This document shows positions 47,817 through 56,396 of a stretch of 64,000 nt of DNA, in pieces. The stretch is from a virus: the IMG/VR virus record IMGVR_UViG_3300009151_000034, positions 1-64,000 of that record. One strand, written 5' to 3'. Position 1 is the first letter of the stretch. The number at the start of each line of letters is the position of its first letter. Both the position numbers and the translations under genes were made by a program. The notes beneath the pieces were generated by a model. It was not told the origin of the DNA. It did no database searches and was given only the letters and a program-made list of their open reading frames with translations.

Positions 47817-48759
47817 CCATTTTAAGTGCTAGATCAAGGGCTTCAATTTTCACATTCCGATTGGTGCCATACCACGCAGAGGTGAGGCGGTTGTCTGCGC
47901 TGCGACCCATAAGATGGTCGGTGGTAAACGTCACTGCGTTGACCGCATTCCACCAGCTACCAGGGGCCATATCCGCACCGGGCTGAGTGTCAAGCACTCC
48001 AAGGGCGATGTTGGCGGTCTTGGATAGTTCCTTCTTCGCCTTATCACCGCCAGCAACCGGAAAGATGCGCTTCATGAAATCAACCACATTCTCGCCAGTG
48101 TATTGCTTTGTGCTGAGAAAAGAAGCCATTTCCTTATACTGTGCGAGTTTGTCAGCAGCAACGCCAAGCATCGATTTTACGTTGTCACCATTGAATTCAC
48201 GGCGATGGCTGATCTTGACAAACCGTTCGACCTTAGAGTTAAGACTGAGAGTCAGAGTGTTGTTACAAACCACGCGGATAGGAGTGAAGCGAACGTCGGT
48301 TGAGAAGCCATACTTATGAAAGTTGGTGAAGTGAAGATAGGATTCGATCTCATCACTGCCGTTGATCGTAAAGCCATCTTTAATCTTCGCCAAGGCCCAT
48401 ACGATCTGACCATCCTTCAGACTACCGGCGGTATGCATTTCCATGTCACCTTCGGCAATAAAATCGTTAAAGAACTCGAAAGCCTCGCTATTCTGAACCG
48501 GATTCCAATCATCAGAAACCACATCAAGAATGCGGTTATCGCTTTGACGAACCAGAGCAGATTGGCCGATGCTGACATTCTTACCGCCAACCTTAGCAAA
48601 AGCAGGAACCTTCTCGACACTCCAATCCAAGCCAGCAGCCTCAAGCATTTGATCGGGAGTAAGATCAGCAGGAACTCGGACACCAAGACCGTGCCAAGGG
48701 GTTTCCCCAACATAAGCCATCTGAGCCTTACCGTTGATCATTTCGATTTCGTGAGCCAT
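47803..48759 (-). CDS. DUF932/DUF945-family protein
   Basis: MAYVGETPWHGLG...AGLDWSVEK...VQNSEAFEFF...TAGSLKDG...TPIRVVCNNTL. Confidence 0.88.
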   Translation of the reverse strand: MAHEIEMINGKAQMAYVGETPWHGLGVRVPADLTPDQMLEAAGLDWSVEKVPAFAKVGGKNVSIGQSALVRQSDNRILDVVSDDWNPVQNSEAFEFFNDFIAEGDMEMHTAGSLKDGQIVWALAKIKDGFTINGSDEIESYLHFTNFHKYGFSTDVRFTPIRVVCNNTLTLSLNSKVERFVKISHRREFNGDNVKSMLGVAADKLAQYKEMASFLSTKQYTGENVVDFMKRIFPVAGGDKAKKELSKTANIALGVLDTQPGADMAPGSWWNAVNAVTFTTDHLMGRSADNRLTSAWYGTNRNVKIEALDLALKMANVS

Positions 48760-48863
48760 TGTTTTAGTATCCTTCACTGTGTTTCGATAAACATGTTATA
48801 GACTGGTTGGAGCAGGAAGTCAACAGGTTTTTTTAGTCTTCGAGATATTTTTTTAAAACTCAC

Positions 48864-49241
48864 TCACTTCTTATATTCTGTTATGGAGCCATCGAGGCGA
48901 AAGACACGGCAGAACACACCGTCTTTTTTTGTAAAGCGACCGCCGTATTCTCTTGGATGGTAGCCATAGATGTCGGGCTGATCTGACCCATCTTCCCAAG
49001 CCCTGAGCCACCTATTACCACAGCAATCACAATCCCATCCGGCTTGAACCCCATCAAAATAGATGCCGACACTTTGAGCACGACGGTCTGCATCAATCTT
49101 ATCACGCGCTTCGATTATCACATAATGACAGACATATTCGTCTACATCAAAACGCCCACCCGAATTGTTTTGATGATATGCCCAGTAAAGAGAAGGCGTT
49201 TCATGGCTAATCTTGGGTGAGATGTGTGTTTCAGTCACCAT
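48864..49241 (-). CDS. Conserved phage hypothetical protein
   Basis: QNNSGGRF...VIIEA...GIYFDGV...DCDCCGNRW. Confidence 0.7.
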   Translation of the reverse strand: MVTETHISPKISHETPSLYWAYHQNNSGGRFDVDEYVCHYVIIEARDKIDADRRAQSVGIYFDGVQAGWDCDCCGNRWLRAWEDGSDQPDIYGYHPREYGGRFTKKDGVFCRVFRLDGSITEYKK

Positions 49242-49255
49242 TTTAAAATTCCTTA

Positions 49256-49468
49256 TTATGCTTCACGGCGAGGATCATACCAGACCTGCATGGTGGTGGG
49301 TTTCTTCCAGGCACCACGGTTGACGTAGGCAGTAGCACGGTCGGCGGCGATGCTCCAATACTTGCGAAGGATCGAGAAGGGGATCACATCATCGCCGTTA
49401 CCGTGGATCATGTTTTGGAAATGGTAGGAACGCGCACCGATGAAGGCGAGGCGGGATTTCTGGTCCAT
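49256..49468 (-). CDS. Early hypothetical protein
   Basis: CAGGAGATAG leader shared with other early genes. Confidence 0.6.
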   Translation of the reverse strand: MDQKSRLAFIGARSYHFQNMIHGNGDDVIPFSILRKYWSIAADRATAYVNRGAWKKPTTMQVWYDPRREA

Positions 49469-49512
49469 GGTCTCTATCTCCTGTCCAATCTCTTTTGTGA
49501 TATATGTTAAAA

Positions 49513-49857
49513 TTAAGACGCTTTAGCAGCCATCTTAGCTTGGGCTTCTTCGTTGAGTTGCGCCCAATATTTCACGATACGCATAACACCGTTGACGTTC
49601 CGAGTCAACCACTGTTCAACCTGCCAGTCTTGCAGTGTGCCGTGTTTAATGAACGTCTTAGCAGTCAAACATCCCTCGCGGGCATCCCCTTTAGTGAACC
49701 CACGGTTGTTCACCATCTTCGCATCATTCTCGGCCTTCTCAGCCTCAGTCTGGCGGCGGAAAAGGGCAAGGCAGGCACGCCCCACGATCTGCATTTTCTT
49801 TTCTTCATTGGCTTCAAGGATCATGCGCTCAAGTGTGTGTTTGGTGATGATCGTCAT
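49513..49857 (-). CDS. Early hypothetical protein
   Basis: Own promoter and AGGAG RBS; ALFRRQTEAEK...NNRGF. Confidence 0.7.
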   Translation of the reverse strand: MTIITKHTLERMILEANEEKKMQIVGRACLALFRRQTEAEKAENDAKMVNNRGFTKGDAREGCLTAKTFIKHGTLQDWQVEQWLTRNVNGVMRIVKYWAQLNEEAQAKMAAKAS

Positions 49858-49906
49858 GTGCTATCTCCTGTCTATGAAAAGAATATAGCCCATCCGCCAA
49901 CCAAAG

Positions 49907-50539
49907 TCAACCGGAAATATCGTAGTCTTCAATCATTTTTTGTGATGCTTCATTGCCAGACACAAGGGCATCACCAGACACCCAGGCATTATCAGACACA
50001 CGGGAATTACCACACACACGGGCATCACCAAACACACAGGCGTCACCAGACACAATGGCATCACCAGACACCCAGGCATCACCATACACACAGGCATCAC
50101 CAGACACCCAGGCAGTATCAGATACACAGGCATCACAATACACACAGGCATAGCCAGACACACAGGCATTACCATACACCCACGCATTATCAGACACAAT
50201 GGCATCACCAAACACACGGGCATCGTCATAGACACGGGCATAGCCATACACACGGGCATTGCCATACACACGGGCATTATCAGACACACAGGCATTGCCA
50301 GACACACGGGCATCGTCATAGACACGGGCATTGCCATACACCATGGCACTACCAGACACACAGGCATTGCCAGACACACGGGCATCGTCATAGACACGGG
50401 CATAGCCATACACACGGGCATCCGTATCGACAAACGCAGAGGCAGAAACATCTGTCGTGTCAGCAACCCATCCACCGCCATTTGAGTGCTGATGGGCGGG
50501 AACAGGGCCATTGCCGTCATTGAAATCATAAGTGGTCAT
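49907..50539 (-). CDS. Hexapeptide-repeat (left-handed beta-helix-like) protein
   Basis: MTTYDFNDGNGPVPAHQHSNGGGWVADT followed by more than 20 (G/D)(N/D/Y)A(R/C/W)V(S/Y) units (18-bp repeat); start 50539 has an AAGGAG RBS. Confidence 0.85.
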   Translation of the reverse strand: MTTYDFNDGNGPVPAHQHSNGGGWVADTTDVSASAFVDTDARVYGYARVYDDARVSGNACVSGSAMVYGNARVYDDARVSGNACVSDNARVYGNARVYGYARVYDDARVFGDAIVSDNAWVYGNACVSGYACVYCDACVSDTAWVSGDACVYGDAWVSGDAIVSGDACVFGDARVCGNSRVSDNAWVSGDALVSGNEASQKMIEDYDISG

Positions 50540-50590
50540 TGTAGTCTCCTTGCTCTCTATAGCCACATAATAGCATATCTACGCCAGATG

Positions 50591-50770
50591 TCAACCGGAA
50601 ATGTAACGTGCCGGGTCAATTTCCTCCGGGCCAATCTCAATATCGTTCTCAGACATCAGATTGGTGATCTTGGCCAAGCGGTCTTGGAGGTAGGCCAGTT
50701 CAGTCACCAACTGACTACGTGTCTTGATGTCAAAGAAAAGATCAAACACGTAGGGAAGATCGTTTGTCAT
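50591..50770 (-). CDS. Small early protein (59 aa)
   Basis: Not in track: MTNDLPYVFDLFFDIKTRSQLVTELAYLQDRLAK...; own promoter and AGGAG RBS. Confidence 0.65.
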   Translation of the reverse strand: MTNDLPYVFDLFFDIKTRSQLVTELAYLQDRLAKITNLMSENDIEIGPEEIDPARYISG

Positions 50771-50837
50771 GCTGTAGGCTCCTGTGTTGATGAGGGCAGT
50801 ATAGCGGATTTTTTCAGATAGTCAAGCAGTTATTTTG

Positions 50838-50972
50838 TCAAATCATAAAAAAAATTGGAAGAAGAAGCGCAAAAATACCAGCCGTCGCAACCGTGGCCAT
50901 AAGTGAGAACCATTCTTGCGCGCCGGTTTCCATGTCCTGATCTGTCAAGCCGTCCTGCGAAATCGTCATCAT
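50838..50972 (-). CDS. Small membrane protein (44 aa)
   Basis: Not in track: MMTISQDGLTDQDMETGAQEWFSLMATVATAGIFALLLPIFFMI; GAGG RBS. Confidence 0.5.
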   Translation of the reverse strand: MMTISQDGLTDQDMETGAQEWFSLMATVATAGIFALLLPIFFMI

Positions 50973-50990
50973 ATTTACTTCCTCTTAAAA

Positions 50991-51236
50991 TTAAAGAAGC
51001 TTCGCGGTAATTACATTGATACTATCATTATTGAACACACTAATCATCGTGGTGTGTCCAGTTTCGAGATGGCTGATCATGATCACATCGCCAACCTTGA
51101 CCATATCTTTCATGCCATTAAAAAACCCGGCAGATGTAACCTCATCATACGTTGCACCCTTGGCGTTATAATACCATGTCGTGAAACCCATGCAGTAGTT
51201 TGCCACGCCCATGTCCCGAATTTTAAAGCTGCTCAT
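50991..51236 (-). CDS. Small early protein
   Basis: Start 51236 (MSSFKIRD) follows a promoter and GAGGA; GFTTWYY...GFFN...GDVI. Confidence 0.65.
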   Translation of the reverse strand: MSSFKIRDMGVANYCMGFTTWYYNAKGATYDEVTSAGFFNGMKDMVKVGDVIMISHLETGHTTMISVFNNDSINVITAKLL

Positions 51237-51313
51237 TGTCTCTGTATCCTCTGTTGATAACAGCATCTTATCAGGTTTCAGCCAAAAGTCAATTGGTTTT
51301 TGGTTTTTATTTG

Positions 51314-51484
51314 TTAATCCATGTCATCGAAAAAATCATAGCCAGCCGTCTCACAGAATTTCCAAGCCGCATCGAAAGCCTCAGACCGATTGCCGATCCA
51401 ACCACGGGTTTCGATCAATTTGCAGTCGGCTTCATCCGCCAGAGTCAGACAATTTCCGAGATAGAATCCGAAGAAGTGTTCCAT
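51314..51484 (-). CDS. Small early protein (56 aa)
   Basis: Not in track: MEHFFGFYLGNCLTLADEADCK...; own promoter and AAGGGA RBS. Confidence 0.65.
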   Translation of the reverse strand: MEHFFGFYLGNCLTLADEADCKLIETRGWIGNRSEAFDAAWKFCETAGYDFFDDMD

Positions 51485-51544
51485 GTCTCTGTATCCCTTG
51501 TTGATAGAAGCATCTTATAGGGTTATGCCGATCATGTCAAGCAT

Positions 51545-51712
51545 TTATTTTGCACTTTTAAGTCCAGAGATTGCACTGAATTCTCCAAGAATAGTTCCCT
51601 TTTCCGTCATGAGAACAGAATCAAACCCTGCGCGGATCATGTGGGCAACCGCCTTTTCCATCGTGATAAAGGATTTGGTGTAGGCAAAGTTCGTAAATTG
51701 CACCAGAAACAT
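51545..51712 (-). CDS. Small early protein (55 aa)
   Basis: Not in track: MFLVQFTNFAYTKSFITMEKAVAHM...; own promoter and AGGGAG RBS. Confidence 0.65.
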   Translation of the reverse strand: MFLVQFTNFAYTKSFITMEKAVAHMIRAGFDSVLMTEKGTILGEFSAISGLKSAK

Positions 51713-51770
51713 CAGGTAGTCTCCCTTGTCGGTAAAAGCATATTATCAGAATCAACAGGATAGTCAAGTC

Positions 51771-52037
51771 TTATTTTGCCATAAATTTCGTAATAATGTC
51801 GAGCATTTCGGGAGAGATTTCAACCACGACACTCTGTTCGTTTCCGTTTTTGAAGGCAATCGTAAGCGCACCGTCATATTTTGAAATGTAGTTGGGGGTC
51901 AAATAGGTCGCCTTGGTGTAGCCTTCGTTGAGCGCCTCGGGATAGAACCGAGCATGTTCGCGGTGTTCAGTTACATTAGCGAACACCTGCAAGTCTTTGA
52001 CAAAGGTGTTTTCGATAACGCGGATGTTGCTGGTCAT
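51771..52037 (-). CDS. Small early protein
   Basis: Start 52037 (MTSNIRV) downstream of its promoter and AAGGGA. Confidence 0.65.
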   Translation of the reverse strand: MTSNIRVIENTFVKDLQVFANVTEHREHARFYPEALNEGYTKATYLTPNYISKYDGALTIAFKNGNEQSVVVEISPEMLDIITKFMAK

Positions 52038-52106
52038 GGTGTGGTATCCCTTGGTTGATGAAGGTATCATATATGAGGTCGAGAATGGAGTCAATCCCTT
52101 ATTTTA

Positions 52107-52319
52107 TTATTTTCGCGCCAACCATTCGGGCATCGTGATATTGGCGTCCTGAACAGTGATAAGGCGTTTCGTCCCTTCATTAACGATCTCATATTCATCA
52201 TCGAGATATTCCACAGTGCAGAGGCTTTTGGGACGAAACTCACCACCCAAAATGCAAAAAGCTTTTGCAGTCTCACGTGAAGGCACAAGGATGGTTTGGA
52301 AGGTCACGGTCTTGGTCAT
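52107..52319 (-). CDS. Small early protein
   Basis: Own promoter and AGGAG RBS; RETAKAF...ITMPEWLA. Confidence 0.65.
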   Translation of the reverse strand: MTKTVTFQTILVPSRETAKAFCILGGEFRPKSLCTVEYLDDEYEIVNEGTKRLITVQDANITMPEWLARK

Positions 52320-52468
52320 ATGGCTATCTCCTGTCTATGAAAAGAATATACAGGGCATCTTGATCCTCGTCAACACTTTTTTTAAAACTTTTTCGATAAA
52401 AAGTTCTTGACCACCTATAAGAATATAGCTATAAGAGCCTCCAACGACAGTTTATATGGAGTTTTGAT

Positions 52469-53371
52469 ATGCCTCGTGGTGTTCCGTCTGCTGGTTTCCG
52501 TCTTACTAAGAGGCGTGCTGAAGGCAATTTTGTCGCAAAGCCTACCAACAAGCCTGTCATGAATAAGATCATGCATGTGGTTCAAATGCCTGTTGTGCAT
52601 GAGACCGACGCGCAAATTGAAGCTAAACTGAATGACCGTTTTGACATTCTCACTTCGATGACCAACGCAGCCATTCGTGGTGATGTGCGTTCTCTGATTG
52701 TTTCCGGTCCTGCGGGGTTGGGAAAAAGCTTTACGGTAGAACAGGCCCTTACTAAGTGGGATCATCGTGGGCTTAACCATACGATTATCAAAGGCTATGT
52801 CCGCACTACTGGTCTTTACCGTCTTCTTTATCAAAATCGTCATCGTGGTCAGGTTTTGGTGTTCGATGACGCTGATGATGTTTTTACAGATGATAAATCG
52901 ATTGGTCTGCTTAAGGCGGTTTGTGATAGCACAAAGAAACGGGTTGTTAGCTATTTGACTGAAGGTGTTCTTATCGATGAAGATAGTGCAACAGCGATTC
53001 CTAAAAAATTCGAATTTGAAGGCACGATCATTTTCATTACCAACTACGATTTTGATGTTATGATTGATCGTGGACATAAGCTTACACCACATTTTCAGGC
53101 TCTTGTTTCCCGTAGTCATTATATTGATCTGGCCATGAAGACTAAGCGTGATTATCTTGTTCGTATTAAACAAGTTATGCGTCTTGGTCTTCTGCGTAAT
53201 CAGGGTCTTGATCAACAAGCAGAATATGATGTGTTAAATTTTATCAACCAAAATATTGAAAGGCTTCGTGAATTGTCTCTGCGAATGGCTATTAAGCTTG
53301 GAACCATCCGCAAGACAACAGGCCATGATTGGGAAAAAACTGCCCTAGTTACTTGCTGCAAAAATTCATGA
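52469..53371 (+). CDS. AAA+ family ATPase
   Basis: Walker A GPAGLGKS, Walker B VLVFDDAD, IIFITN, ALVSRS; own divergent promoter. Confidence 0.85.
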   Translation: MPRGVPSAGFRLTKRRAEGNFVAKPTNKPVMNKIMHVVQMPVVHETDAQIEAKLNDRFDILTSMTNAAIRGDVRSLIVSGPAGLGKSFTVEQALTKWDHRGLNHTIIKGYVRTTGLYRLLYQNRHRGQVLVFDDADDVFTDDKSIGLLKAVCDSTKKRVVSYLTEGVLIDEDSATAIPKKFEFEGTIIFITNYDFDVMIDRGHKLTPHFQALVSRSHYIDLAMKTKRDYLVRIKQVMRLGLLRNQGLDQQAEYDVLNFINQNIERLRELSLRMAIKLGTIRKTTGHDWEKTALVTCCKNS

Positions 53372-53375
53372 AACG

Positions 53376-53409
53376 AAAAAGGGGAGCCATAAAAAGCTCC
53401 CCTTTTTTT
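53376..53409. terminator. Bidirectional intrinsic terminator
   Basis: aaaaa-ggggagc-cataaaaa-gctcccc-ttttttt between convergent genes. Confidence 0.9.
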
Positions 53410-54160
53410 AAGTCAAAACACCAAGACGATCTTTTTCAATAATATATTCTTTTACTAAGTCCGACCTAAGAATATCATCTTTGGTAAACTCTACAAACTG
53501 AAAAGATTTAATATTTTTGATGATCCGCATGAAGTCTTTGATGCCATTTTTATCACGATCATAAATGAAATCTGATTGGCTAAAATCTCCCGCAAAAATG
53601 ATCTTGCAGTTCTTACCAACTCGGGTGATAACAGAATCAAGTTCGTGTGATGTGGCATTCTGGCATTCGTCTGTAATGACAATACAATCATTCAAAGTAA
53701 TGCCACGAATGAATGAAGTTGAAATAAACTCAACTAAACCGCGTGTTTTTAAATATTCGTATGCGTCTGATCTATGAAAAAGTTCTGTGCAAATTGCATA
53801 GTATGGTGCTTCATAAACCTTAGTTTTTTCTTTATTTGTTCCTGGCAAGAAACCCATATCTCTTGTTGGAACTACTGATCTTACGATATAGATTTTTTTA
53901 TATTGTGAGTCTGTTTGCAATAGTTCTTCAAGAGCCAAATAAAGAGAAATGAATGTTTTACCTGTTCCTGCAATACCATGAAGCATCAGATGTTTGCCTT
54001 CATTATAGGCTTTAAATGTGATCTTCTGGTTTTGTGTCAATGGTCGAATTTCATCTAATGTAAAATTCAACGTCTGTGTGGGCGGTTTCCCTTCATTGGT
54101 TTTTTGTTTTCTTTTTTCTTTTCTTGAAGTTCGCCGTGTTCTTGCTGGTGAAGATTCCAT
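53408..54160 (-). CDS. phoH: PhoH-family ATPase
   Basis: PLTQNQ; GIAGTGKT; GFLPG; FIRGITL...DECQN...TRVG...GD..QSD. Confidence 0.95.
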   Translation of the reverse strand: MESSPARTRRTSRKEKRKQKTNEGKPPTQTLNFTLDEIRPLTQNQKITFKAYNEGKHLMLHGIAGTGKTFISLYLALEELLQTDSQYKKIYIVRSVVPTRDMGFLPGTNKEKTKVYEAPYYAICTELFHRSDAYEYLKTRGLVEFISTSFIRGITLNDCIVITDECQNATSHELDSVITRVGKNCKIIFAGDFSQSDFIYDRDKNGIKDFMRIIKNIKSFQFVEFTKDDILRSDLVKEYIIEKDRLGVLT

Positions 54161-54171
54161 TTTTTATCTCT

Positions 54172-54417
54172 TTAAAAAGTGTTTATTGTCGATCTAGTAA
54201 ATCCCTTCGAGTGTGTTTTCTTTATCTCCTTTAATCTGTCTCTGAATGCTGAATCTGGCTTTTTCAATCCTAACCGAATCGAATCACCGATAGCAGGCGC
54301 TGAAAGAGTTTGTGTAATATGAGGATTTTTCTTGAGAAATATATCTAGCTCTTTAATTGATAACATATCCTCAAATGTTTCCTGAGTTTCATTATTCAAA
54401 AATTGGTATGTGGGCAT
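54172..54417 (-). CDS. FmdB-like small regulatory protein
   Basis: MPTYQF...E.FE..LSI.EL..FLK.NP pattern. Confidence 0.65.
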   Translation of the reverse strand: MPTYQFLNNETQETFEDMLSIKELDIFLKKNPHITQTLSAPAIGDSIRLGLKKPDSAFRDRLKEIKKTHSKGFTRSTINTF

Positions 54418-54596
54418 CAATCGTATTCCTCATCTTCTTCCATTTCTAGTAACCCTGCAATATTCTTTGATCTAAGAACATTAACAAGACGCTTATTTTT
54501 GCGCTTTTCTTTGTCTTGTAGTTTATTATGATAGTTAGTTTCTTCATCTACATAATCACGTTCGATTTTGCGGACATTAATTTTAGACTTGCTCAT
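54417..54596 (-). CDS. Small charged hypothetical protein (59 aa)
   Basis: Not in track: MSKSKINVRKIERDYVDEE...; overlaps both neighbours at start/stop codons. Confidence 0.6.
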   Translation of the reverse strand: MSKSKINVRKIERDYVDEETNYHNKLQDKEKRKNKRLVNVLRSKNIAGLLEMEEDEEYD

Positions 54597-55009
54597 GCTG
54601 GTAGTAATCCTGGAAACCCCTTGTTGATAAGTTCGCGTGTAATATTCGGATAAGGTAATTTTTTATCTTTAACAGCCAAAAGAAGTTTTGCATCGGCTTC
54701 AGAAACAGTTTCAAGTAATTCCACGAAAAGTGCTTCACGGCGAAGTTGTTTTAATGTTTGATGACCGTTTTGCACAAAAAGATATAATTTACGAGTTTGA
54801 GTGTATAATGATCCTTCCTGATCCACAAGAGTATTTGGTTTATATGGTGGCGAACCTTCTGGTAAGAGCCAAACTATATTTGGATCAAATGCACCACGGA
54901 TCATTGATTCTAGTGGCGCGCTAAAATTTTGTTTCAAAACCATAATACGTTCATCATCTGTCTGCATCTTCGAAGCTTTTTCAAAGATTTCCGCCAACCC
55001 TAATTTCAT
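54593..55009 (-). CDS. Conserved T4-like hypothetical protein
   Basis: FDPNIVWLLPEGSPPYKP...RKLYLF...RREALFVELLE...KDKKL. Confidence 0.75.
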   Translation of the reverse strand: MKLGLAEIFEKASKMQTDDERIMVLKQNFSAPLESMIRGAFDPNIVWLLPEGSPPYKPNTLVDQEGSLYTQTRKLYLFVQNGHQTLKQLRREALFVELLETVSEADAKLLLAVKDKKLPYPNITRELINKGFPGLLPA

Positions 55010-55395
55010 TATACGAAGTCTCCAATACTTTCGGTTAAATTCTTAAGTTTATGATCCATAAAATACGTCAACAAATTCTTGGCTTTTTTGCCTTCTTGTT
55101 CCGTATAACTATTTACTACTTCATTATATATGTTTTCAGGAATGTTAGCAAGATCAATTAGCTGTTCATTTCTTTTGTAATTTCGCAACATGGTTTCATT
55201 ACAAAACAATTTAGGTTCAGAATGTTTGAGCCACTCCTCTAGTTTTTTCTTGAAAAGTGGTTTTTGTCTTTCTCCAATAACTAAACAATTATCGTTTGAT
55301 AAAATATTAGGAATGCCATCGCTAGTATCACCAGATATGATATGCTCAATCCGATATTTTTCAATTTCTTCTCGTGTCATATATTTTTTTATCAT
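55009..55395 (-). CDS. rnh: RNase H (T4 rnh-type 5' nuclease), C-terminal half
   Basis: HIISGDTSDGIPNILS...RNYKRNEQLIDL..IPE. Confidence 0.85.
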   Translation of the reverse strand: MIKKYMTREEIEKYRIEHIISGDTSDGIPNILSNDNCLVIGERQKPLFKKKLEEWLKHSEPKLFCNETMLRNYKRNEQLIDLANIPENIYNEVVNSYTEQEGKKAKNLLTYFMDHKLKNLTESIGDFV

Positions 55396-55480
55396 AATTT
55401 GTTAAAAATCCTTGTCGCTTTATATAAATAAAAGAAGTAACGTCAAAAGAAAGTATTTTAGTTATGGCATATATTTATGG

Positions 55481-55981
55481 TCAATCTTTCCTTTGGATTA
55501 AAACATCCTTTACTGGTTGATATATTGCAACATTATCATAGGCCAGTAATTGTATAAAATCGTGATCCCCAGAAAGTATAAGAATTTTTTCCTTGGAAGA
55601 ATACTCCATTACCAATGACGCAATAACATCATCTGCCTCTGCATGTTCAATATCAATAACTGGATATGGAAAATTGACCATGAGTTCATTACGAAGTTTA
55701 TTGAAACATTCGAAAATCATTTTCCAATCTAGTTCAGAGGCTTCTCGGTTCTTTTTACGATTTGCCTTATAATACGGAAAAACTTCTTTACGCCAGTATC
55801 GTTTGCCATCACATGCAATAACAAGCTCACCATATTCTTTTTTAAATTTTGAACGATATGAACGAATCGAATTCAAAACCATATGGCGAATCATATTTTC
55901 TTCAACCTTGGCGTTTTTATGATTGCCAAGTTGAACCATAAGATTTGATAACATAACTTGTGATAAGTCCACAATGATCAT
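55481..55981 (-). CDS. rnh: RNase H (T4 rnh-type 5' nuclease), N-terminal half
   Basis: IIVDLSQ...IRHMVLNS...YWRK..FPYYKANRKK...EADDVIA...ILSGDHDFIQL. Confidence 0.9.
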   Translation of the reverse strand: MIIVDLSQVMLSNLMVQLGNHKNAKVEENMIRHMVLNSIRSYRSKFKKEYGELVIACDGKRYWRKEVFPYYKANRKKNREASELDWKMIFECFNKLRNELMVNFPYPVIDIEHAEADDVIASLVMEYSSKEKILILSGDHDFIQLLAYDNVAIYQPVKDVLIQRKD

Positions 55982-56000
55982 ATTTTAAAAGAGCCTAAGC

Positions 56001-56372
56001 TCATCCTCCGTTTTCTGATGTTACGACAATTTTTACTAAATCTGATAAAGTTAATATACCTTCATCATCTTCTTCAAATATATTTTTACACATTTCTTGA
56101 AATGGATGGTGTATTCCATAACTTTTTAATAATAAAGACCTCAAAGCTTCGATTACAAATGCACCATCTTTAATATCTCCATCATCTTCGGCAGGCTCAA
56201 ATCCTGCTATGGAAAGTTGATCAAAAAACTTAGGCATAATCGTTTCGATAGTTTCTTGAATATGGAACTGTTTGACTAGTTCCATATTATCTTCAATTTC
56301 TTCTATCGTTTGAGGACTTTGTGGCTTTGGGTGTTTTTTAGGAAAACTAACTACATTATTAGAGTATGCCAT
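56001..56372 (-). CDS. Hypothetical protein
   Basis: NNVVSFPK...EALRSLLLK...HPFQ; upstream of rnh. Confidence 0.65.
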   Translation of the reverse strand: MAYSNNVVSFPKKHPKPQSPQTIEEIEDNMELVKQFHIQETIETIMPKFFDQLSIAGFEPAEDDGDIKDGAFVIEALRSLLLKSYGIHHPFQEMCKNIFEEDDEGILTLSDLVKIVVTSENGG

Positions 56373-56396
56373 ATTTGGGTGTTCCTGTCAATAGAG

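Larger units (their letters stand above)
48795..52435. promoter_or_regulatory. Array of at least 10 sigma70-type early promoters, about one per ORF
   Basis: TTGAC(N)-16/17 bp-TA(N)3(T/C/G) on the minus strand at 48823-48795, 49910-49882, 50594-50567, 50825-50798, 51292-51265, 51540-51512, 51767-51740, 52094-52066 and 52373-52345, and on the plus strand at 52407-52435. Confidence 0.85.

Noticed and set aside
49504-50529. His/Gln/Thr-rich 339-aa (+) and Met/Pro/Val/Cys-rich 198-aa (-) ORFs
   Set aside because: Alternative frames of the 18-bp repeat; only the frame starting at 50539 has a promoter, an RBS and a sensible N-terminus.
55396-55480. Self-splicing intron in rnh
   Set aside because: 85 AT-rich bases are too short for a group I or II intron core, and the downstream half has its own promoter and RBS.
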